Assembly: GCA_016215405.1 (NCBI GenBank)
Contig: JACRJQ010000007.1
Coordinates: forward strand, 143 to 64,142
Origin: Candidatus Tayloriibacteriota bacterium
GTDB taxonomy: Bacteria; Patescibacteriota; Minisyncoccia; Phycocordibacterales; UBA6065
DNA: 64,000 nt
Direction of reading: 5' to 3'
The notes under the pieces were generated by a model. It ran no database searches. It was not told where the DNA came from and saw only the letters and a program-made list of their open reading frames with translations. This document shows, in pieces, positions 30,037 to 38,112 of the stretch (positions within the stretch are counted from its first letter, which is position 1; every line of letters begins with the position of its first letter). A program made the position numbers and the translations under genes.

Positions 30037-30657
30037 CTATTTCAGGAGCTTAAAGAGGACCGGATAGACCCTCTCGGCGACCCGCGCGTATCCCTGGCTG
30101 TTAGGGTGGATCGAGTCTGCCATATATCTCGAATCTCCGAATATGCCGTCGAGGACGTCTGGCACATACGCTGACCCCGTCTCTTTCGCTAGAGCCTCGT
30201 AGTATTCTGCCGCGTTGTCTGCGAGAAGGTTCGACCTCACGCCCAAAAGGAGGACGATCGCTCCTTTGGACTGGATCTTTCGGACGATCTGGCGGAGATT
30301 CGCGAAGGTCTCCTCCCTCGCCACCTTTCGCAAGAAGTCGTTGCCGCCCAAAAGGACGATGACGAGGCGCGGCTCCTTCTCGAGGACCCTATCTATCCGC
30401 GCGAGGGCGTCGGCCGAGGTATTGCCCGATACGCCGAGGTTCGCGATTGGCTCCTTTATCATGTTCGAGAGGAGCGACACTAGGTCTCCTCCCTTATTCG
30501 CGCCCACGCCTTCGACGAGACTGTCGCCGAACGCTACGATAGGGCCGTCCTTCGGAGGATAGTTCGTTATCTTCGCGTCACGCCCATACGCAAAGAAGAG
30601 CGCGAGCCCGACCGCCGCGACAAGGCCTGCCAAAACGAGCTTTTTATTGCTAGTCAC
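30037..30657 (-). CDS. GDSL/SGNH arylesterase
   Basis: AFGDSL, N.GVSG, LGGND, D.IHPN; GTG start supported by TGGTAAAAT 6 nt upstream. Confidence 0.93.
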   Translation of the reverse strand: MTSNKKLVLAGLVAAVGLALFFAYGRDAKITNYPPKDGPIVAFGDSLVEGVGANKGGDLVSLLSNMIKEPIANLGVSGNTSADALARIDRVLEKEPRLVIVLLGGNDFLRKVAREETFANLRQIVRKIQSKGAIVLLLGVRSNLLADNAAEYYEALAKETGSAYVPDVLDGIFGDSRYMADSIHPNSQGYARVAERVYPVLFKLLK

Positions 30658-30666
30658 GTCCAGATT

Positions 30667-30963
30667 TTACCACGTCTTCGGCGGCGGCTTTACGTGCAGC
30701 ACGACGCTGTCGCCCGCGAATATCCCTTCTGCCTTCCTCACCTTCGCCTTTAGGGCGATGAAGTATTTCCCCTCCCCGAGAGGCAAAAGGGCTGTCTTCC
30801 ACTCAGTCTTGCCGACTTTGGCTACGATAGGCACGAATCTGAAGAGCTTCGGCGGAACGCCCTCTATGATCCTTTTCGCAACCTCGTCAGGCACACCGAC
30901 CCATACCCAGCCTCCGATCCCCGGAAACACGTTCGCCTTGCCCTCTATCCTAAAACCCGCCAT
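30667..30963 (-). CDS. DUF1905 family protein
   Basis: GGWVWV.VP, VG.TEW.T.L.P, LKA.VRKAE.I..GD. Confidence 0.8.
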   Translation of the reverse strand: MAGFRIEGKANVFPGIGGWVWVGVPDEVAKRIIEGVPPKLFRFVPIVAKVGKTEWKTALLPLGEGKYFIALKAKVRKAEGIFAGDSVVLHVKPPPKTW

Positions 30964-30966
30964 ACG

Positions 30967-31305
30967 CTAGAAGAAAAACAGCATGACGCCGGCGATCGCT
31001 GCAGAGATCGCGGAGACGAGGACGTACCCCGCCATGGCGTCTTTGATCTTGCCTATGACCGGATCCCTCTGGGGCTCGATCTTGTCGCAGATATCCTCGA
31101 TCGCGGTGTTCACGATCTCTCCCATAAGGACCCAGCCGATGAGGATGACGAGGATGATCCATTGCCACGGCGCGAAATCTCTCAGGTATGCGGCGATCGC
31201 CACGACGACCGCTACGACGACGTCTACTCTGAAATTCCTCTCCTCTCTCCAGACTATGCGCAGCCCGTTCGTCGCCCAGCCAAAGCTTCTAAGAAAATTT
31301 CTCAT
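30967..31305 (-). CDS. dgkA: Diacylglycerol/undecaprenol kinase (DgkA family)
   Basis: SF..A.NG, ERNF, EIVNTAIE.ICD, KIKD..AG.V. Confidence 0.9.
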   Translation of the reverse strand: MRNFLRSFGWATNGLRIVWREERNFRVDVVVAVVVAIAAYLRDFAPWQWIILVILIGWVLMGEIVNTAIEDICDKIEPQRDPVIGKIKDAMAGYVLVSAISAAIAGVMLFFF

Positions 31306-31312
31306 ATCGATA

Positions 31313-31789
31313 TCAAAGCTTGTAAAGACCCTCCCTCTTAAGCTCCTCGAGGCCTATCTCCCGGTAGAAGACCCCTCCGTGGAGCGCTCCGAAAGCCTCC
31401 CTCACGTGTAGGGTCATGTTCTCAGGCAACGCGTCCAAAGAAGCCCATTTAAGGTCGTCGCACTTGCGAGGCTCCATATTGCGGACATCTCCCTTCCACT
31501 TGCTCGTTTTGAAATAGAAATCCGCGTAATCGTCGGTATCGTCGTGCTTTGGGCGGTAAGAGACGAAGAAGAGCTCGATGTCCTCGGGCGAGACTTCGAC
31601 TCCGACCTCCTCTTTCGCCTCGCGGATCGCCGCCTCGCTCGGAAGCTCGCCCTCCTCTACGTGGCCCGAAGGCACCTGATACGATCCATCCTCGTATCCT
31701 GTGTTAGCCCTTCGCGCCAAAAGGTATCTCCCCTCCTTCTCGAGAAAGAGATACGCTGCGGGAATTGCCTTGTTCCTCTCTTTCTTCAT
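31313..31789 (-). CDS. NUDIX hydrolase
   Basis: RRANTGYEDG, PSGHVEEGE...AAIREAKEEVG, NMEP.KC. Confidence 0.92.
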   Translation of the reverse strand: MKKERNKAIPAAYLFLEKEGRYLLARRANTGYEDGSYQVPSGHVEEGELPSEAAIREAKEEVGVEVSPEDIELFFVSYRPKHDDTDDYADFYFKTSKWKGDVRNMEPRKCDDLKWASLDALPENMTLHVREAFGALHGGVFYREIGLEELKREGLYKL

Positions 31790-31792
31790 GCC

Positions 31793-32359
31793 TTAGTACT
31801 TCCTTATCACCCCTTTGACCACCGCAGCTATCTTGAGGTCGTACTCGGGGTAGATCGGCTTGTAGTTTTTGTTAGCCGGTTCGAGATAGACCTTGCCGTT
31901 CTTCTTTCGGTAATACTTCATAGTCCAACCCCCGTCGACTTCTGCGATGACGATCTCTCCCTCCTTCGCAGTAGTAGCTTTTTCCGCAACCACGAGGTCG
32001 CCCTCTTTTATCCCCTCTTCTATCATAGAGTCGCCCTTGACCTCGAGAAGGTACGAACTCTCCCGATCCTCTACGAGGAACGTGTTGAGGTTCATCGTAT
32101 CGAGCTCCGACTCCTCGGTAAGGGTCGGTATGCCGGCCTCGACCAGCCCAAGGAGCGGTATCTCGTCCGCTCCGCGCGTAAACGAGATTCGTCCCTGAGC
32201 GTCTTTGGAGAGGACGCCCGCCTCTACGAGCTTGTTGATGAGCTTGTAGACGGCGTTCTTCGATTTGAAGCCGGTAAGGTCCATGAGCTCCTTATAGCCC
32301 GGCATCCTCTTGTGCCTTTCGTAGAACGCTACTATCTTTTTCTTGTAAGTGTCTATCAT
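31793..32359 (-). CDS. lexA: LexA family repressor (peptidase S24)
   Basis: N-terminal wHTH, LG.VEAG cleavage site, GDSM (Ser), TMK (Lys), LEPAN. Confidence 0.92.
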   Translation of the reverse strand: MIDTYKKKIVAFYERHKRMPGYKELMDLTGFKSKNAVYKLINKLVEAGVLSKDAQGRISFTRGADEIPLLGLVEAGIPTLTEESELDTMNLNTFLVEDRESSYLLEVKGDSMIEEGIKEGDLVVAEKATTAKEGEIVIAEVDGGWTMKYYRKKNGKVYLEPANKNYKPIYPEYDLKIAAVVKGVIRKY

Positions 32360-32386
32360 GAGATGGCTTTAGGGACCGCGACCTTC

Positions 32387-32596
32387 TTAGAACATGAACA
32401 TCGCCGCCATAGATGCCATCTTACCAAAGATTCCCTCGCTTCTAGACTCGTTCAACCTCTCGAGCTGGCGCAAGAGTATCCTGTGCCGCCTCGCCTCCTC
32501 CCTATACGAGAGGCCTCGGACGATCTTGAGGTCTATCCTCCAATTGAGCTCGCGGAGCTCTCGCTTCACCGTCTTAAGTAGTTCGTGCTTGGACAT
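32387..32596 (-). CDS. Small hypothetical protein upstream of lexA
   Basis: 69-aa basic helical ORF (IDLKI.RG.SY..EARRH). Confidence 0.75.
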   Translation of the reverse strand: MSKHELLKTVKRELRELNWRIDLKIVRGLSYREEARRHRILLRQLERLNESRSEGIFGKMASMAAMFMF

Positions 32597-32632
32597 ATTC
32601 GCTTTAAACTAATCTGCTAACTTCGTGTTTAA

Positions 32633-32679
32633 AGTATAGGTGAACCAGAGTTCACCTGCAAGCCCATACCTGTGGATAA
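32633..32679 (-). promoter_or_regulatory. lexA-operon promoter with putative SOS box and adjacent DnaA box
   Basis: TTGCAG-17-TATACT; palindrome aggtgaac-caga-gttcacct at 32638-32657; TTATCCACA at 32671-32679. Confidence 0.75.
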
Positions 32680-32793
32680 CCTTATTTTAGAGCTTCAGGA
32701 CGGGACAAATTGGTTCGTTGTCATTTTAATGATACGTGGTAATGTTCTTCTGAAACACGCACAGAAACCCCTTTTTACCCCAGGAGAGACCCT

Positions 32794-33546
32794 ATGATAG
32801 CGACGAGTTCGGAGATCGCCTCCTTAACCGAAAATCAGAGGAGAGAGCTCTTTGAAGAGAACCTAGGCCAGCTCGAGGTGTTCGTGAATTCGCGAATCGG
32901 ACTCCTCCCTTCAAGCGTCATCGCATTGCACGGAGACGATCTTCGTCAGGTCGCACGCTTCGCGCTCTGGAAAGCCGCGCTGGCATATGACCCGCAATCG
33001 AACGTCCCCCTCTTCGCGTATGCGCACCTCAGAATCAGAGGAGCGATACTCGACGAGCTGCGAAAGATCGACACGATGCCCCGACGAATGCGCGCTATGA
33101 AAAGGCGCATCGAGGCGAGGCGGATCGAGCTCGAACAGCAGAAGCTTTGCACGGTCGATGACGACGAAGTGCTCGCTGATCTCCAGATCGACGAGCGGAC
33201 GCGCGCGAAGCTCAAGTCGAACGAATCCGTCTCGTTCATAAGCCTCGATTCCTGTATCGACGGAGATGAGGGTCAAGGCTCTCAGATCTGCGAGTTCGTA
33301 GCTGACGAGAAATGTGGACACCCTTCATCGGAGATCGACCGGGACGAGGATTCATCGAGCCTCGACGACTGTCTTGAAAGACTTAGCCCCGTAGAGAGGT
33401 CGGCCGTAAAGATGTATCACATCAACGGTATCCCGCTCAAGGACATCTCGAAGTGCCTCGGACTCACGGAGAGCAGGCTCTGTCAGATCATGGACACATC
33501 TCTTGAAAAGCTCAGAAAGCTCATGCAGAGAAAACACGCGAAATAA
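32794..33546 (+). CDS. FliA/WhiG (sigma-28) family RNA polymerase sigma factor
   Basis: DDL.Q, YDP, YA..RIRGAILDELR..D..PR, ISLD, region 4 LKDI...LGLTESRLCQI. Confidence 0.88.
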   Translation: MIATSSEIASLTENQRRELFEENLGQLEVFVNSRIGLLPSSVIALHGDDLRQVARFALWKAALAYDPQSNVPLFAYAHLRIRGAILDELRKIDTMPRRMRAMKRRIEARRIELEQQKLCTVDDDEVLADLQIDERTRAKLKSNESVSFISLDSCIDGDEGQGSQICEFVADEKCGHPSSEIDRDEDSSSLDDCLERLSPVERSAVKMYHINGIPLKDISKCLGLTESRLCQIMDTSLEKLRKLMQRKHAK

Positions 33547-33548
33547 CA

Positions 33549-33581
33549 AAGCGGCGCACCAAAAGTGCGCCGCTGCTTTTT
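33549..33581. terminator. Bidirectional terminator
   Basis: agcggcgcac-caaaa-gtgcgccgct between convergent genes. Confidence 0.75.
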
Positions 33582-33589
33582 GCCTGAGA

Positions 33590-34486
33590 TCAGGCATGAG
33601 TGCTGAAAGCCTGGATCAATTTCACGATATCCGAGCGCGATCGCTCCATGAGCCCAAGCAGCTCTCGGACCTTCTCGGGACCTCTGCCTTTGACCACTCG
33701 CGCGACCTCTCCCTCGTTCTTGACGAGCAGAGAGACGCGGTCGTGGGTCCGAGCAAAGAGCCCCATGATCCCTTCAAACTCCTTATCGGGCCTGGTCCGA
33801 CGATGATTTGGAGTCGAGCGACCGAGCTGGGCCGTCTTGATGAGGTTCTTGAGATGCGCTCTCGAGAGCCCCGCCACGACCGCCATTTCGGCGAGGCCCG
33901 TCTGCTCGGATTGCGGCAGATCCGCCAGGTCCGAGGCGTGCATCAGAGGGAGCCTTTCGCTCTCCGGCCGAGTGGTCCTCAACATGTCGATGACCTTCGG
34001 ATGAAGAGTCGACACGCGCTTGTGCGTATTGACCCATGCCACCGACTTTCCGAACCTCAGAGCGATCTGCTCCATGGTGCGCCCCCTCTTTTCAAGGCGA
34101 CGGATAGCATGGATTATCTCGATCGTAGTGTGCGGCGCCTGAGGATAGTTGGCATTGAGAGATTTCTCGAACAGGTCCTCCGGATCCTCGATGACGGGAC
34201 CGACGACGGCCCAGACAAGGCAATTCGCCTTCTTGCATGCTCTCCACCTGTATTCGCCGTCGACGATCATAAAGAGAGCGCCGTCGCGGGGCGGGTCGAG
34301 GGGCATGAGGATGATCGGCTTTTCGGTGCCGAACTCCTTTATGTTCTTCGCGAGCCGGTCGAGGTCTGATTCGTCGAATTCTTCGCGAGGCTGTGTCGGG
34401 TTCGGGATAATGAGTCCCGGCGGGATCATGAGTTTCCCGTCTGACGTCAGAAACTCAGCATATCTTTCGCTGGATACTGCATTCAT
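33590..34486 (-). CDS. Orphan ParB/Spo0J family protein
   Basis: PNPTQPR..F...L..LA.NIKEFG...PI, IVDGEYRWRA, HTH IA.RFGKS.AWV. Confidence 0.88.
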   Translation of the reverse strand: MNAVSSERYAEFLTSDGKLMIPPGLIIPNPTQPREEFDESDLDRLAKNIKEFGTEKPIILMPLDPPRDGALFMIVDGEYRWRACKKANCLVWAVVGPVIEDPEDLFEKSLNANYPQAPHTTIEIIHAIRRLEKRGRTMEQIALRFGKSVAWVNTHKRVSTLHPKVIDMLRTTRPESERLPLMHASDLADLPQSEQTGLAEMAVVAGLSRAHLKNLIKTAQLGRSTPNHRRTRPDKEFEGIMGLFARTHDRVSLLVKNEGEVARVVKGRGPEKVRELLGLMERSRSDIVKLIQAFSTHA

Positions 34487-34598
34487 CCTGGATTCCTCCG
34501 TGGGTTTGAGTTTGGGTTTTGTTGTTGTGCTGCCTGGGACCTAAGACTATAGACAGCGAAAGAATTGTCAATGAAAGGAGTCCTTACCGACAGGCGGC

Positions 34599-34865
34599 CT
34601 ATCTCCCTGTGCGAAAACGCTTGCTGCGCCTCGCCAGAGCGTGATCGTTTCCCTCCTGCTTCTCCTTGAGCCCGCGGAACCTCACCTCGATCTTGTCGCC
34701 TTCGTCCACCTTGTCCCCCAGGACGGCTACGCGCCCGTTTATGATGACCTTTCCGGCCTCGATAAGCTTGTCCATATCACGGCGAGATCCTCGCCCTTCC
34801 ATGGCGAGGTATTTGTTTATCCTCATCGGAAAGAGAGGCTTTTCTTCTTGCGTGTTTTGATCCAT
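34599..34865 (-). CDS. Stand-alone S4 RNA-binding domain protein (RluF N-terminus-like)
   Basis: MRINKYLA..G..SRR..DKLI..GKV.ING..A.LG.KV..GD; no catalytic domain. Confidence 0.85.
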   Translation of the reverse strand: MDQNTQEEKPLFPMRINKYLAMEGRGSRRDMDKLIEAGKVIINGRVAVLGDKVDEGDKIEVRFRGLKEKQEGNDHALARRSKRFRTGR

Positions 34866-34876
34866 AGGATTTGAGT

Positions 34877-35134
34877 CTATCCTTTATTAGTACGTAAAGC
34901 GAGCAAGAGCTTATTCGCCCTCGTAAGCCGCTTTACCCGAGCTTCGGCGACAGAGGCGAACGATCGGTCCCGGTAGCGCCTCGCATAGACGAGCTCTACC
35001 GGCCTGCGCGCCCTCGTGTACTTCGCCCCTGACGCGCCTTCGTTATGCTCGCGGAGCCTGCGCGCGATATCGGTGGTGATGCCGGTATAGAGAGTGCCGT
35101 CCGCGCAGCGAAGCATGTAGAGGTGGTAAGCCAT
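34877..35134 (-). CDS. GIY-YIG nuclease family protein (UPF0213)
   Basis: YMLRCADGTLYTGITTD..RRL.EHN, GAKYTR.RRPV. Confidence 0.93.
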   Translation of the reverse strand: MAYHLYMLRCADGTLYTGITTDIARRLREHNEGASGAKYTRARRPVELVYARRYRDRSFASVAEARVKRLTRANKLLLALRTNKG

Positions 35135-35139
35135 ATCTT

Positions 35140-35358
35140 TTAGACCCTCTTTATAAAAAGCTTCGACGGTCTGTCGGTGCCGCGAACAAGGGCGATCGAC
35201 TTCTCCGGAACACCCAGATACCTCGCGAGGAGGGCGCGGACCGCCGCGTTCGCCCTCCCGTCTAGGGCAGGCTCTCGCGTAGACACGACAAATCGGCCGT
35301 TCTTCTCGAGGACGAAGTCTTCTCTGCTATCCGGCTTCGCTGTGACTTTTATATACAT
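35140..35358 (-). CDS. DUF167 (YggU) family protein
   Basis: KV.AKP.S, PA.DGRAN, LA.YLGVP. Confidence 0.88.
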   Translation of the reverse strand: MYIKVTAKPDSREDFVLEKNGRFVVSTREPALDGRANAAVRALLARYLGVPEKSIALVRGTDRPSKLFIKRV

Positions 35359-35370
35359 ATCCCCCGCGTT

Positions 35371-35398
35371 ATTCTCACATTCTCAAGAATGTGAGAAT
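35371..35398. repeat. 28-bp palindromic repeat, copy 1
   Basis: ATTCTCACATTCT-CA-AGAATGTGAGAAT. Confidence 0.9.
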
Positions 35399-35463
35399 GA
35401 TTATTTTAGAAAGATTTTATCTCGACCTGCTTCAATTGTAGCGCTACCACCTAATCATAGCGT

Positions 35464-35733
35464 ATGTACAAGCCAAGACAGCTCGAAAGGATAGTGAAAG
35501 GATTCTCGAACCACAGGCGCATAGATATCCTGCGCCTTCTCGCGAAGAGGCCCGAGCTCTCGGTGCTCGATATATCGACCGATCTCAAGATCAACTTCAA
35601 GACTGCCTCCGAGCATATACGACGGCTCGCCATCGCTGGGGCGGTGATGAAGCGGAGCGAAGGGCGCGCCATACGGCACGCGCTCACGCCCCGCGGCGAG
35701 AATATTCTCAGATTCTTGAGAATATTGGAATGA
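35464..35733 (+). CDS. ArsR-like winged helix-turn-helix protein
   Basis: K.FSNHRRI.IL.LL, LSV.DIS..L.I.FKTASEH.RRL..AG.V, LT.RG. Confidence 0.88.
   Translation: MYKPRQLERIVKGFSNHRRIDILRLLAKRPELSVLDISTDLKINFKTASEHIRRLAIAGAVMKRSEGRAIRHALTPRGENILRFLRILE
35704..35731. repeat. 28-bp palindromic repeat, degenerate copy 2 encoding the HTH C-terminus
   Basis: attctcagattcttgagaatattggaat, 24/28 identical to the reversed consensus. Confidence 0.7.
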
Positions 35734-35734
35734 A

Positions 35735-36004
35735 TCAGTCGATCTTTTGGAGCGCTTTGTAGAGGGTGCCGGTAAGGCCCAAGGCGAGGGCTCCGGCGAT
35801 GAAGAGTATCCACGGATGCTCGTCGACGATCGGTATCTCCCCTACGGTCTCGCTAAAGCCCTTCGAGAACGCGGCGACGGAGAACGTGAGGAGAAATGCG
35901 AAAACGAGGGGGTAGCGGCGAAGCACAGGCTGAGTGATGCTCCCCGCCCTGTCGTGGATATCCTTTACCATGTCTTCGATGCGCTTTATCGGGTCTTTTT
36001 CCAT
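35735..36004 (-). CDS. Hypothetical membrane protein (2 TM)
   Basis: RYPL.F..L, L.LTG.LYK.L; TGGTAGGAT 6 nt upstream. Confidence 0.8.
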   Translation of the reverse strand: MEKDPIKRIEDMVKDIHDRAGSITQPVLRRYPLVFAFLLTFSVAAFSKGFSETVGEIPIVDEHPWILFIAGALALGLTGTLYKALQKID

Positions 36005-36033
36005 GGCTTTATCCTACCATCCGCGCCGCCATC

Positions 36034-36075
36034 CCGCCTCATTCTCACAGTCTTGAGAATGTGAGAATGAGGCGG
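36034..36075. repeat. 28-bp palindromic repeat, copy 3 (reversed, extended arms)
   Basis: ccgcctc-attctcacagtcttgagaatgtgagaat-gaggcgg, core 27/28. Confidence 0.9.
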
Positions 36076-36125
36076 AGACACGGAGAAAAGGGACAAAAAA
36101 ACAGGAAAAAAGAGAGCGTAGAGCC

Positions 36126-36800
36126 CTAAAGAGAAAAGAGGCGCGAGCGCCAATTTTCGGGCGAGAGCTTCGAGAGCTCGAGGGCATCCTCGACCGAGAA
36201 TCGGTCTATCTTCATCCTGCGGAGCTCCGAGAGATATCCGCCCACGCAAAGCCGCGCCCCAAGGTCGTTCGCGAGCGACCGTATATACGTCCCCGACGAG
36301 CATTCGACCCGAACCGAGAGGAGGGGCCATTCGTAGCTGAGGATTTCGAACTTATGCACCTCGACGTCGCACTCCTTTGGCTTTACCTCTATCCCCCGCT
36401 GCGCGAGCTTGTAGAGGCGCTTGCCCTCGAACTTCTTGGCCGAGAACATGGGCGGGACCTGCTTTATCTTTCCCACAAAGCCTTTCACCGCATCCTCCAC
36501 CTCTTTGCGCGAAGGCGCTACAACGCCGTTATTGACCGTGATCTTGCCCGTCTTTTCGTATGTCTCGGACACCGCGCCCAGAGCGATCGTCCCTACGTAC
36601 TCTTTATCCTTCTTTAAAAGCTCGCCGAGCCTCTTGGTCGCTTCTCGCCCCACCCCCACGATGAGAAGCCCTGTCGCGAACGGGTCCAAAGTCCCGCTGT
36701 GCCCCACCCTCTTTACGCCTGTCGCCCTGCGCACATGATCTATCACATCATGCGACGTCATCCCCGCAGGCTTATCTATAAGAAGGAATCCGGAATCCAT
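36126..36800 (-). CDS. truB: tRNA pseudouridine(55) synthase
   Basis: DKPAGMTSHD, VGHSGTLDPFATGLL, QVPPMFSA, CSSGTYIRSLA. Confidence 0.97.
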   Translation of the reverse strand: MDSGFLLIDKPAGMTSHDVIDHVRRATGVKRVGHSGTLDPFATGLLIVGVGREATKRLGELLKKDKEYVGTIALGAVSETYEKTGKITVNNGVVAPSRKEVEDAVKGFVGKIKQVPPMFSAKKFEGKRLYKLAQRGIEVKPKECDVEVHKFEILSYEWPLLSVRVECSSGTYIRSLANDLGARLCVGGYLSELRRMKIDRFSVEDALELSKLSPENWRSRLFSL

Positions 36801-36838
36801 TGCCCCACTCTATTTCACCGCGCGCAAGAGAGCAAGGA

Positions 36839-36884
36839 GCCCGAATCATTCTCACATTCTCAAGAATGTGAGAATGATTCGGGC
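36839..36884. repeat. 28-bp palindromic repeat, copy 4 (22-bp perfect arms)
   Basis: gcccgaatc-attctcacattctcaagaatgtgagaat-gattcgggc. Confidence 0.9.
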
Positions 36885-36945
36885 GGGCGGATGGGCGGAT
36901 GAGCAGACCGTGCTCACATTCGTGTTCGTGTCCGAATGGGCGACT

Positions 36946-37497
36946 TTATCGATCAGGCTCGCTTAGGAGAGAAAAAAGCTTTGTCGCCGTGTTCCAGTTA
37001 CGGACCGTCATGCTCTTGTATGCGGGCTTGGACGCGAGCTTTGGGAGCTTGCTCTGGGCCGCTTTCTTTATGATCCGCGAGAAATAGAGGACGTCGTCCC
37101 CCTGCCAGGCCTCGTCGACGCCGTCACGCGCCTCGACGCTTTTTATCGCTTCGGCCGCCGTCATGGGCGCTCGCAGGAATATGACGTCGTAGCGATACCT
37201 CTCCGGCTCCTCCCCAAATCCCTTCGGAGCCTTCCGTACCACTTTCGACAGTATCATATATGGCACTACCACCACGCAGGCCTTGTATCCAAATTCCTTC
37301 GAGAGGCCCCTCTCGATCGTCTGCGAGAGCGTTTCCAGGTCCTTCTCGTCGGATTCGAATATCACATTACCGCTCGCGATGTACGTCCTCGTCTCCCCAA
37401 ACCCCATCGCCTCAAAGCACGCCTTCAGATCCGCCATCTTTATGAGGTTATTCCCACCCACATTAATCCCCCGAAGAAGCGCACAGCACTTCATCAT
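36946..37497 (-). CDS. DUF1697 family protein
   Basis: ALLRGINVGG.N.IKM, TYIASGNVIF, TVRNWNT. Confidence 0.93.
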   Translation of the reverse strand: MMKCCALLRGINVGGNNLIKMADLKACFEAMGFGETRTYIASGNVIFESDEKDLETLSQTIERGLSKEFGYKACVVVVPYMILSKVVRKAPKGFGEEPERYRYDVIFLRAPMTAAEAIKSVEARDGVDEAWQGDDVLYFSRIIKKAAQSKLPKLASKPAYKSMTVRNWNTATKLFSLLSEPDR

Positions 37498-37513
37498 CTT
37501 GATTTTGTCTTAT

Positions 37514-38038
37514 CTAATTTGCTTCAGGCAGACCTAATTTATTTAAGGGGATTGTATTGAAAAAATAATCACAACCGTTTTCGCGTATATAGGCAAGAAC
37601 ATCCTTATATGAAGGATGTGAAAACCAATCATTCAAAATATAGTAATACTCAACCTTTGCACCTAGATCTCTGACCAACTTCATGTACTGAGCCCTCTTA
37701 AAAGCTGATGTTTGGAGCTTTTCATCAACAGATCCAGAAACTTTCTGAAACTTCATTTCAATTATATGCAACGTGTTAGTTGCAAATACATATACCGCAT
37801 CGTCAGGCAATAGTTTCTTTGAAATGATTTCCTCGTGGTTAATCCCTTTTGCCTTAAGAAATTTGTACAAGGCACTTTTTCTGAGATGCATTGCGAGTGG
37901 TGTTCCGTTAAAGGAAATCGTGCCATCTTTTGCAATGCTATAACCCTTTACCTGCCCAAGGACAGCAAGAAAATCTGCCTTCTTCTCAAAGTGAAGGCCT
38001 GTAACGGTATTCGCACCTCCCTTGCCGCCAGTTTTCAT
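37514..38038 (-). CDS. PD-(D/E)XK nuclease, putative type II restriction endonuclease
   Basis: LPDD...IIEMKFQ...GSVDEKLQT; adjacent to two methyltransferases. Confidence 0.8.
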   Translation of the reverse strand: MKTGGKGGANTVTGLHFEKKADFLAVLGQVKGYSIAKDGTISFNGTPLAMHLRKSALYKFLKAKGINHEEIISKKLLPDDAVYVFATNTLHIIEMKFQKVSGSVDEKLQTSAFKRAQYMKLVRDLGAKVEYYYILNDWFSHPSYKDVLAYIRENGCDYFFNTIPLNKLGLPEAN

Positions 38039-38112
38039 GATCCACATTCAATCATGAAAGTTCCAATCCGACAAAGGGAAATAATCATACAATGGTGATA
38101 AAATCACCCCAC

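Noticed and set aside
32671-32679. DnaA box as oriC
   Set aside because: It is a single perfect box, with no cluster and no dnaA/dnaN nearby.
35371-36884. Palindromes as a CRISPR array
   Set aside because: Copies are hundreds of bases apart, in mixed orientation, separated by whole genes, and no cas genes are present.
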